From contig QPMI01000054.1 in NCBI GenBank assembly GCA_004431415.1, forward strand, positions 248,001-312,000: a stretch of 64,000 bases of DNA, given 5' to 3'. Below, piece by piece: positions 12,734 through 23,645 of this stretch (position 1 is the first letter of the stretch; each line of letters starts with the position of its first letter). The notes beneath the pieces were generated by a model. It had not been told where the DNA came from, did not search any database, and was given only the letters and a program-made list of their open reading frames with translations. The stretch is from Cyanophora paradoxa CCMP329. Lineage: Eukaryota > Plantae > Glaucophyta. The position numbers and the translations under genes are program-made.

Positions 12734-15061
12734 AGCCGCCGGCGCTTCCTCGCACGAAGAATCGCGCAGACCTTGTAGGAGAGGCTGGCGAGGGCCCACT
12801 CGGCGCAGAGGAGGCGCTCCCACAGCATCGCGTGGATCAGCAGCTGCGCCCCGCCCCGTGAGGAGGCTAGCCGGCGGGCGGGCCGGGCAGAGGCGGGGGC
12901 GGGTGCGGGGTGCCGGCGCGCCTGTCTCCGGATCTCGTCAAAGTCGACGCGGTCCGCGAGGCCGTACCCGATCAGCACCTCTGCGCCGGGGGCAGAAGGC
13001 TCGGGAGGGGTACAGGGCGGGGGCGGGCGGGGGCGGGCGCGCGGGGTGCGGGGCGCGGACCGTCGAGACCGCGCTCGGTCTGCTCGAGCGTGTCCGTCGT
13101 GTCGTAGTACCTGCCCCGCGGCCGGGAGCACCGTCAGCGAGGCGGCAATCGCCGGCCGCTGGGGCGGGGGCCGGCCGCTGGGGCCGGGGCCGGGGCCGAA
13201 GCTGGGGCGGGGGGGCGGGGCGCACCGTGGGTCGAGGCGGGCCTCGTCGCCCTTGAGGTGGTGCGCCGCCGCCATCACCTGCCGCCCCGCCCGCCGCGCC
13301 CCGCTCAGCCGTAGGCGGGGCCGCGAGCGGCGGGGCCGGGCGGCAGAGGCGGGCGCGCCTTGCCGACGTAGTGGTCGGTGTCGGCCTCCGCGGGGCGCAT
13401 CAGCACCTGCTCGCGCGCGGCGGCCTCGGACAGGAGGCAGGGGGCGCGGGGCGGGGGCGGGGGGCGGGCCTCGGCGAGGTCGTGGAGGAGGGCGTCGAAG
13501 CGCGCCCCGACCCCGTTCTCCTCCTGCCCGCCCCGCTCCCTCAGCCCCCGGGGGTCCCCCGCAAGCGCCCGCTGCGCTGTGAGCTCTGGGGACCTTGTGG
13601 AGGCGGAAGAAGCGGAGGAGGAGGCGGAGGCGGGTGCGCGGCGTCACGTCCTCGCCCCGCCCCAGCAGCGCCGCCATCGCCAGCGCCCGCCGGTTCCGGT
13701 TTGACGCCGACGACGCGTTGTATGTCCCCTGCGCGCGCGTGTTGGCGCGGGGAGGGGCGGGCGCGGGCCGGCTGCGCCGGGGGCGGGGAGGGGGGCACCT
13801 GCTGGGCCATCATCTCCTCGAGCGGCAGCGCCGTCGAGTCGCTCAGCATGATCTGCAAGCCCCGCCCCGCCCCGCCCCGCTCAGCGCCGGGCGGGCGGGG
13901 CGGGGCGGGGGGCGGCGGGGCGGGCCTTGCGCTCGAGGCGGCGCTCCATCGCGTCCGCAAGCAGATCCTCCCGCGCCTGCAGACGGGCGGGGCGCCTCAG
14001 ACCCGGGGCCCGGAAGCGATGAAGGAGAAGCGGGCAAAGGCGCGCCGTGGTGCGCTGCTCCGGGGGCAGCAGCCGGTTGATGGGGTTGTACTCCTGCGGG
14101 GAGGGCGCTGAGGGGCGCGAGGGTCGAGCCGGGCGGGAGGAGGGGAGGAGGGGCGGGGCGACCTGGGCGAGGCGCTCCATGTCGACGCGCTGGCGGCGGC
14201 GCGCGCGCTCGGCCTCGGCCCGCCGCAGCTCCTTCAGCGCCTCGCTCCGCTCCAGCTTCAGCACACCCTGCACCAGCTGCGCGCCCCCCGGATCACGCGG
14301 CGCCCTGGCGCGAAGGAGGAGGAGGAGGAGGAGAAGCGAGGCGGCGCGCTCGCCTTGGCGGAGAGGGCGCCGAGGAGGCCGATGCCGATGCCGGCGATGA
14401 TCATCGCGATCGCCCGCGCCGCCAGCTGCGCCGTCCCCCGCGGTCGGCCGGAGTCTTGCGGGGCGGGGCGGGGGCGGGGGCGGGGGCGGGGACCTGGGTG
14501 GGGACGAGGTCGCCGTAGCCCACGGTGCCGATGGTGACGAGGGAGAACCAGACGGCCGAGGGGTAGTCCGCGAACACCGCCTGGTGCTCCTGCACGCCCC
14601 CCCGAGGTCTCAGCGCGGGCGGGGCGGGGCGGGGCGGGGCGGGGCGGGGCGGGGCGGGGCGGGCCTGCTCGACGACCTTGACGAAGACGGCGCCGACGAT
14701 GATCAGCACCGTCGCCATCGACGAGAGGAAGAGCCTGCCGGCCGGCGGGGGTGAGGCGGTGAGGCGGGGGGCGTGGGGGGCGTGGCGGGCGGAGGAGGGG
14801 GCGCACAGGGGCTTCTCGAGGGTCATGAGGACGAAGAAGTTCTGCTGCGAGACGCGCTTGTAGAGCCGCACGAGGCGGAAGAACTGGCGGGAGAAGAGAG
14901 CTCTTGAGCGGCTCAAGCGGGAGCGGAGAGGGGCGGGGCGGGGGGCGCCTTGAGGACGCGGAAGAAGCGCCAGAAGCGGGCGAGGCGGAGGGCGACGCCC
15001 CAGTTGAAGGCCCCGAAGGCCCCCGCCCCGGCACGTCCGTCACCACTGGCCCGCGGTCAGG

Positions 15062-15101
<40 letters not shown>

Positions 15102-18100
15102 GGGCAGGGCCGGCACGCACGCGACGGGATGTCGTACCAGTTCTGCGGTCCCGACAGAAGCACGCTCAGGCGAGGAGGCAGGGGGGCGGGGCGAGGGGGC
15201 CGGGGGTGCGGACGTGGCGGAGGAAGGCGCGGGCGGTGGGGTACGTCTCGCGGTCGCGGAGGGCGAAGCGGGCGACGAGGTCGACGAGGAAGAGGCCCGA
15301 GATGTACCAGTCCGTCCACGTGAACACCGCCTGCCCCGACCCCGCCGCCCCGGCCGCCCCTCGACCTCTCTCTCCTTCTGTGGCGGGGCGGGGCGGGGCG
15401 GGGGCGGACGAGGGTGGACTCGGGGAGCTCCTCGAGGCTCCAGAGCGGCACGATCGCCAGCGCGATGCTCGTCTGCGGGGGGCGAAGCTGAGCGGCGCCA
15501 GGGGCGGGGGCGGGGTTCGGGGGGCGGGCGGGGGCACGGCGGTGAGGAGGAGGAGGAAGCCCTGGGCGAGCCAGACGAGGTAGTCCCGCGCCGTGAAGCG
15601 GGGCGCCGCGCCCGGGCCCCGCCTGCTCCCCGCCCTCCCCGGGCCGCACGCAGCGCGCGAGGTAGAGCCGCTGCGCCTCGGGCGGCGGCGGCCGCACGCG
15701 GCTCCGGCTGCGCAGCTCGCGCGCGCCGAGCACCGCCGTCGGCGCCGCGACGAGGACCATCATCACCCCGCCCATGATGTCTGCCGGGCCGTGGTTGAGC
15801 GCGGGGGGCGCGGGCGGGCCCTGAGGCGCGGGCGGGCGCTAACGGAGGAGGACGGTCTCGCTCATGCAGGCGCCGGGGGCCTCGGAGGCGACGCAGGGGC
15901 CCGTCGCCGCGATGATGTCCGAGTTGTCCCCGATCCCGTCGTTGTCGCTGCCGCCCCCCTTCGGCGCCGGGGCCGGCGGCGCTGAGCGGGGGCGGGGGAG
16001 GGGGCCCACCTGTCGTGCCAGTCGTCGAGGTCCAGGGGGAACCGGTCCACCGCGTCTGCCGGGGTACGCGGCTCAGGCGCGCGGGGGGTACGGCCTCGAG
16101 GGCGGGGGGCCGCGCACCCCACACGCCGTCGGCGTCCTTGTCGAGGTCGAGGCGGGAGAGGGCCACGGCGCCGTACCCGTCCTGCGGGGCACGTCCGGCG
16201 GGGTACGGAGGACTCGGAGCGGGGCGGGGCGGGGAGGAAGGGGGGGTACCGGGGCGAGGGAGAGGAGGATGTCGGAGTGGAGGGCGGCGGCGAGGGCGGC
16301 GCCGGGGCGGGCGGCGCGGCAGAGGGCGGCGCGCCACGGGTCGCCGGCCTCCCCCGCGAACTTCACCGCCAACAGCTCCCCGCCCTGCAGGCGCCCCAGG
16401 GCGTGAGGCGATGCGCGGAGAGGCGTCGGAGCGAGCGCTCGGTTGGGTGGCGGGGCGCACCCGCCAGGCGAGGAAGCCGTCTGCGTGGGCGGCGGCGAGG
16501 GCGTAGGGGGCGGGCGAGGCCGCCCCGGGGGGCTCCTCCCAGGCCGCCGCCTCGTACCCGTACGCCCGCAGGAGGAACAGGGCGCCCATCCCGGGGCCCG
16601 AGGCGAGGGAGAAGAGGGCCCGGCGGCGCGAGGGCGCCACGCCGAGCAGCCGCGCGCCCCGCCCCGCGCCCCACTCGCCCGGGCCCACCGCCCAGCGCTC
16701 CTTGGCCGGCAGCCGCAGGAAGTGCACCGTCGCGTCCGCCAGGCCCAGCCCCGAGGCCGGCACCACGTCGCCCTCCGGCCCCAGCGCCAGCCGCTCCGCC
16801 GTCTGCACGTACGCCGCCACGCACCCTTCCGGGGGGTACGCGTGAGGCGGGGGGTACGGGGATCCGGGGGTGCGGCGGCGCGCTGTACCCGGGGGCGAGG
16901 CGCCCTCGTCGGAGCCGAAGGCGGGCGCGAAGAAGCTCGCGTTCGGCGCGAAGAGCCCCAGCCGCTCCTCCGCCCCCGTCGCCACGTAGTCTGGGGGTAC
17001 GCCATCGGCCGGCGAAAAGGCAAATAGGAAGAGGGGGTACGGCAAAAAGGCGCACAGAGGCGAACGGAGGCGAGGGCGGTGCCCGGGTCGAACTCCTGGT
17101 AAAGGATGTAGGGGCCGCAGGCGGCCGGCGCGGTCCGGTGCACCCGCCGCGCCCCCGCCGGCGGTATGTCCGGCTGGTTCCCCCCCGGCTCAGGGGAAGC
17201 GGGCGGGTGGGGCCCGGGGGTGTCCCGCGGGCGGGTTACCGAGAAAGGCAGCCTTGCGGCCGCGTCATAGAATCGCACGTCTGCGAAGTCGGTACCTCTG
17301 CCGAGCTCCGTCCACGAGACCAGAGCCCCGCCGGAATTGAGGTGCCTGCGGCCGGCGGGTCAGGGGCGGGTGGGGAGACCCCGGGGGGTACCGCATCGCA
17401 CCGGGGGTTCACGGAATCGAACGAGATCGCGCGGCGCTGCTCGGGAAAGGGCTGGCGAGGGGATACAGTTCAGGGGCGCGCGTTCCTCGAAGGGGGCACG
17501 GGGCGGCGGGCCTGCTTGTAGATCTCCCACGGGGGAGTGGTGAAGGCCGAGCTGCCGAAGTCGAAGAGGGCGCCGCGATAGCGCCGCTTGAGCGACTTTG
17601 CGGGGAGGTACGCGTCCGAAAGCCTGCGCCGCCGCTCGGGAGGCGGGCGGGCGGGGGAGGGCGGGGCGCAGCGGGCGGGCGCGGGGCGGACCCGCTCTGG
17701 TGGATGCCGTAGACTTTGGGGCTCCCGTTCTCGTCCACGTCGACGACGAAGACCGCGTCGCCGCTGAAGGCCAGCCGCCCGTCTGCGCGGCGCGCGTCGG
17801 CGGCGGCCCCGCGGCCGCCCGCAGGATCTAATCTAGCCCAAGGCTTTCCCCGCGCTCACCCCTCCGGAACGGGACGAAGGCGCCTTCGGCGAGCGATGAA
17901 GTGTTGTACCGCAGGCGCGCCTGGAGCTGGAAGGGCGGGAAGTGGCCCGCCGTGCTGCGCCCGACCCACGCTGCGGCGGGCGATTGGGCGCGGCGGCGCC
18001 CCGCGAGGCTCGGGCCGGCCGCTTACACAGGTCGCGCTCGTTAAGGTAGTTGCACTCCGCCTCGCGCACGTCCGTCAGCAGCGCGCGCCGCGGGTGGTGC

Positions 18101-18237
18101 CCTCTCGGGGCGAACTGGGCGGCGCGGTCCCGCTCGGCGTGCGTGGAGCCGAGCCGCACGACTACAGCCGCCCACGCTGCGAGCAGGAGGTAAAGGAGCA
18201 CTACGAAGCGCATCCTGGGGGCTCGCTTGCGGTTCAT
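11604..18237 (-). CDS. voltage-gated potassium channel (6TM plus an extra N-terminal TM) with signal peptide and large ectodomain
   Basis: Pore helix and filter SAVWFSLVTIGTVGYGDLVP (~14500-14560). S4 is LRLARFWRFFRVLK|FFRLVRLYK. S2 is TDWYISGLFLVDLVARF. S6 is RAIAMIIAGIGIGLLGALSAK. N-terminal hydrophobic leader RFVVLLYLLLAAWAAVVV. Confidence 0.85.
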
Positions 18238-18707
18238 ATCAGCTCCCGCTGAGAGCGGCCCAGTCGTGCTGGGCCGTCATAGCTAACTGTCTGAACGCTC
18301 AAGGACCCATCAGCAGTGATTCAGCACTATCTTCTTCCGCCGCCCGCTCGCCGAAGCGTGGCCATCCGCTCGCGCGCTAAATCGGCCACGCGGGGAGTGC
18401 GCTGGCTAATCGGATCAGCTGCGCTCAGCACTCTCCGCTGTTAACCGGCTCCTGGCTGCGCCCAGTCGGTCGATGCAGGGTCGAGGAGGGGGTACGGGTT
18501 GCGAGTCACCTCGCAGCTTGCGGATCGAAGCACAGCCATCTGAAAGAGCGCACCAGGCTCTAACAACCGCCCGTAGGCCACCTGGCAGCTTGCACGACAT
18601 GAAGGCGTCCCTACGGCAACCTCCGCGGAATCAATAGGCAGATCAGGACCATTATCCGCGCACAGCTAGGAGGCCGCCGAGCCGCGGGAGCGGCTGGCGA
18701 GCCGGCG

Positions 18708-21700
18708 ATGTCGATCCTGGCTTCCTTCAGCCGGAAGACCGTGGCGCGCAGTCAGCCGCTCGTGCTCATCGCAGGGCCGAGGTCACCCCGCCTGCCACGC
18801 GCGGTCGTGCATGCTCGCGCATAACCTCACAATCGAGACGGTGCAGAGGCGGCGGCAAGCGCTCGGTGCTGAACTACATCACGAGGCACGCCCCCGCCCC
18901 GCCGTCGGAGCCCGAACACAGAGCCCCTGACCGCCGCGCAGGCTGAACGTCCACCACCGCGCGGTGCCGCCGGGATCCGTCTTCGACAAGCAGGGGCTCC
19001 GGCTCGGCTTCATGGTGCGGCTGCCCGCTTGCGCCGGGCCGACGGGGCCGACCGATCCGGCCCGCGCAGGTCCTCGACGTGGACGCGAAGGAGGCGAAGG
19101 AGCTGCCGCCGGCGAGCCTCGCGCTCTTCGCGCAGTCCTTCGCCATCGTCTTCGTCGTGGACGCGAGCTGGCCCGAGGCCGAGGCGCACGCCGCCCGCGC
19201 CTGCCTCGTCGCCCTCGCCTCCGCCGCGCTCCTCTCCGACAAGCCCCTCTGCATGTACCCGCCTTCTTTCCCGCCGTTCCTTTGCCGTACCCCGCGGCGG
19301 CCTCACGGGCGCGGGGCGCGGCAGACTGGGGACGCGGTCGGACTCGCCGGCGGCGACCGACGCGCGGGGGCTGGGGGCGGCCCTGGGGGCGCCCCGCTCC
19401 GTCGCCGCCGCCTCGTCGCTCCTCGTCCTCACGGGCAGCACCATCGCCCGCCGCGACCGCGCCTTCGACCTCGGTACCCCCCGCGCACCCCGCGCCGGCC
19501 GCGCCGCACCGCCCTCACCCCGGGCGCCAGTCCTGGACTTTCTGCACGAGAAGATCGGCGAGCAGTACACCCTCCTCGAAACCATGGCCCTCGCCCACCG
19601 CGCCTCCGAGGTACCCCCTCCCGCGGCGGACCCTGCCGCCCCCCGCGGCCGCCCGAACCGAAGGGGGCGGCCCGCAGGAGAGCTCGCGGCCGCCGTCGCG
19701 CGGGGGGTCGATGCGGCGGATGCCGGCGGGGATGGCGTCGGCGCTGAAGGGCGCGTCGCGGCGGGCGCTGAGCCCCGAGGACGCCGGGCGGCGCATGCCG
19801 TCGCGCAACCCCTCGATGCGCTCCCGCGCCCCCCGCCCCGCCTCCCCCCGCCCCCTCTCCGTCTCCCCCGCCGGCCCCGCCTCCCCACCGGGCACGGCGC
19901 CGCCTCGCCCAGCCGGGCCCCGCCGGCTCCGCCACGTCGCGGTCCGCACTGGGGCCCCCGACGGACCCCGCGCCCCCGCAGACCCCCGCGAGCGCCGCCG
20001 AGCCGGCCGCGCCCCCGGCCCGGCGTTCGCGGCGGCTGCGGCGGGGAGGATGCGGGGAGGTCCACCGGCGCACGCTGGTGCTCCTCGAGTCCGTCAGCGC
20101 CCGCGTGCGGGCCGAGCTGCTGGCGGCCGCCGTCCAGGGCCCCTCAACGCCGAGGCCGCCCCCGACGCGGCGGAGGCCGGCGCGGGGGCGGCGGCCTCCC
20201 CGGCGCGGGGGGCGGACCCCCCGGCGGGCCGGCGGCCCCCGGGGCGGGGGGGATGGAGACGGAGGACGAGGAGGGCCTCGCCCGCTCCCTGGTGCCCCCG
20301 TACCCCTCCCGCCCCCCTCCCCGCCCCCCTCACGCGCGGGGCGCAGGTGCCGACGGTGGCGGCGCCGGGGCCGCGCGGAGCGGTTCGTTCAAGTCGGCGC
20401 GGGGCCAGAACCCGGCGTCGAGCCAGGGCCTGCGGCCGCTGCTGCGCGACCTCTCCCGCGGCCACTCCCTCGTCCGCATCGCCCTCCCCGACCCCGAGCC
20501 CCCGCCGTGCGCCCCGCCCCGCCCCAGCCCTCCCCGGCGCCGCTTAGCGGGGCGCGCGGCAGGCGTCGGGGAGCCGCTCGTTCAGCGGGCCGCGGGCGCG
20601 GCGGGTTGGGGCGGCGGCCGCCTCGAGCCCCAGCACCGCCCGCGCCCGCCTCGACCTGCTCGCGCTCGCAACGGACGCCGCCCGGTACCCCCTGCTCGGG
20701 CTTCATGCGAGGCTCAGCGGCCGAGTCTGACGGGCGGCGCCCGCCGGCGCAGGTCCAGCAGCCCGGCGACGCGGCGCGCCGGCAGCCAGCTGGACGCGCC
20801 GGCCGGCCCTGCCGCCGCCGCTGGCACCGCCTCGCCGGCCCGGCGCGCCAGCAGCCCGCTGGACCGTCCGGGCGCCTCCGCCTCCGCCGCCGCTGCCGCG
20901 GGCGGCGCGGGCTCGCCGGCGCGGCGCGCGAGCAGCCCCGCCGAGGGCACCCGCGCCGTCTCCCCGGCCCGGCCCCGCCGCCTCCGCGGGGGCCCCATCC
21001 GAGCGTCCCTGGGCCCCTACTCCTCCGCCCCGCCCGCGGCCCCTGCGGCTCCCGCCCCCGCGCCCTCCAAGGCCCGCCCCGCCTTCGCCTCGGCCCCCTC
21101 CTCCCCCGCCGAGGTCGTCCGCGGCCGCCCCCCGCCTCCGCCCCCCGCTCTCCGCCCCCGCCCCGCCCCGCCCCGCTCCGCCCCGCCCCCGCCCCCGCCC
21201 CGGCCCCGCATCCCCTCTTTCCGAGGAGATCGAGGTGCCACCATCGCCGACCCGCGCCCCTCCGATCGGCCTCCAACCCGTACCCCCTGCAGGTCGACCT
21301 GGGGGACGCCCGCGTGCGACTCCGCTTCGGCGGCTCCGGGGGCGTCCAGGCGCGCCTGTACCCCGCCCCCTTCGCTTGCGTACCCCGCTAATCATCGTCT
21401 ACCCGCGCAGGCGTTTGTTGAGCGGCAGGGTACCCCCTCGAAGGCCGTGCTCGTGCCGTGCGCGTCCTCCCCCATCTCCGCCTTCAATCGCGCGCCGACT
21501 CTGGTACCCCCCAGGATTGCCGCCGGCCCGCACGGCACCCCGCGCATGCTTTTGAAGGAGGATCCGCCACCCTCCCGGTCCCCGAAATCGCCTACCCTGG
21601 CGCCCCTCGCGGCCCCGGCGGCCGCGCTCGCGCCCGTGTCGCCGGTCCTCGCCCCGGCGGCCGCGCCGGGCCCGTCTCTGGCGGCCGGCGCTGCATCCCC

Positions 21701-22264
21701 GAGGCGGCTCCAGCCGCTCCCCGCCCGCCCCACCCCGGTCTCCCCCTCGGCGCTCGCCCCCCGCTCCAGCCCCGGACTCGAGCCTCGGCCGGCCCCGCTC
21801 CCCGGCGCCGTGGCCGGGGCCCCCCTCTTGGACCCTGCGCCGGCCCCCGCGGCGCCGGAGCCGGCGCCGCTGCGCCCCCCGTGGACCTCGAGCAGCGCAG
21901 GAGGCCCTGCTCCTCGCCTGGAGCCGCTGCCGCGCCGCCCGCGCCACCGCCTTCGTGCGTGTACCCCCCCCGCTTCGCCCGCCCCAGGCCCGAGGCCGCT
22001 CACCCCCCCCGGCAGCGCGTGCTGGGCCGGCGCACGGCGCTGCTCCAGTGGCGCGCCGCCATCGCCCTGCAGAGCTTCTGGAGGGGGGTACAGGTCCGCC
22101 GGGCGGTGCGGATCGCGTACCCGGACTTCGCGGACCGGCTGTGGCTGGCGAAGCAGGGGGCCCGGCGGCGCGCCCTCGCGGCCCGCCTGGTCCTCCGCTC
22201 CCGCGGCGGCGCCGTCTCCCTCGCGGCCCCGCCAGCCCCCGGCCTCGCGGCGCCCCTCGCCTGA
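18708..22264 (+). CDS. Arf/ARL13-like degenerate GTPase domain, Pro/Ser-rich region and C-terminal IQ motif
   Basis: Spliced motifs VLIAGPRGGGKRSVLN, AIVFVVDAS and LLSDKPLC. IQ motif AAIALQSFWRGVQVRR near 22055. Confidence 0.65.
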
Positions 22265-23052
22265 GTCTGGGTCGCGGCGAGCTCTTATTTGCGGTTAGTA
22301 GGCTTAAGGTTTGCTGGCTTAGTCATTTCGAATACGCGTAGTTCGCAGCCGAGGTGGCTGCTTGGAGAATCCCTATGATTTGCTCTAAGAGTCTCTGAAA
22401 TCACGCATAATCGTTGAATGGCAGAACAAGTAGGCATCCCTTTAGTAGGCTACGGCTACATATTAAGCTTGCTAGTACTGCAGCCGGATGGTATTTTAGT
22501 CAATATTTTGGTCAAGCGCTTATTTGCAATTTCAGTAAATATTTTAATCGAGCTTCGCACATAATGAAATTAATGCGGCACACTGCAGCAATTCGAATTC
22601 CCCTGCCCGATCGACACGTACTTCCCCAAGCGCCGGCTTTAGTCACAGGGTTATCGCCGCTCTGATTCAGTGAGGCTCAGGGAATGGGGCCTAGTTGACT
22701 ACAGATTCGAACACATATCGGCGAGTACAAAAGGCTGGGTGGTGTGTAAATGATGCTCAAAATGAAGTTGAAAAAACGAACGAAGGTGGAATCCCAAGCG
22801 CTGCGCTGAGCTGGGTGAGGGCGCTCGAGGCAGGTACGGCGGGCGGCGGGGGCCGAAGGCGGCCGTGGGGGATGAAGAGGGGAGGAAGCGGAAGGATCGG
22901 AGCCCGCGTGCCGGCGGACGACCGCCCGGCGGGCGCCTCTGGAGTCCCGGGCGACCAAGCGCCGCAGCCGGCACAGGGCGGGGCGGCTTAAACAGACGGA
23001 TCTTTGCGGAGAGGGAGGGGCGGGGGCGGAAAGGAGGGGCGAGCGCCGCGCG

Positions 23053-23590
23053 CTAGCTCAGCCTGCGAAGCTTGTTCTCCAGTCGCCGCGTGTACTCGTC
23101 AAGCCGGGCGACGACGACCTCCAGCTCGCCGACGTTCCGGTCTATTTCGTCGATCTGTGCCAGGTACGGCTTGAACTCCTCCTCTGCGGCGGCCGCGGCA
23201 CGGTCAATGAGCGGCTCGGGTCGGAGCGCGCGCGGGCGCGGACCCTTCTTCACGAGGGACTCGTGGAAGGCCATGAGCTTCGAAGCATACTCCGCCATTT
23301 CTGTGTACTTCGCGCCGGCCGTCTCGTTCATGCGGGCGAGGAGCCGGTAATCCTCGTTGCCCGCTGCAGGCCGGCTCGGGCACAGCGCGCGGAGCGGCGG
23401 CGGCGATGCACGCACCCGTGAGCTCGGCCTCGACGTACTGCGTCACGTTCTCGAACATGGAGCGGGTCATTTCAGCCAACGCCTGCTCCCGCGAGACCGC
23501 CGGCTGTGCGGGGCCTGCTGGCGCGCCCTGTGTCGCCGCGCTCTCGGTTGCTGGCGATGGTGCCGCCGGCGCGGCCGGTGCGTCGGCCAT
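23053..23590 (-). CDS. BLOC1S2: BLOC-1 subunit 2 (BLOS2)
   Basis: MFENVTQYVEAELT|AGNEDYRLLARMNETAGAKY...|FKPYLAQIDEIDRNVGELEVVVARLDEYTRRLENKL; two GT-AG introns. Confidence 0.9.
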
Positions 23591-23645
23591 TGCGCTGCAG
23601 GTCACTGAGGTCACAGCTGCGGGGGTACGCGGCAGAAAGGCAGCG

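Noticed and set aside
15062-15100. Long G homopolymers (also ~10170, 58025 as a C run, and 63142)
   Set aside because: Intronic or intergenic low complexity with lengths unreliable in long-read consensus. No specific function supportable.
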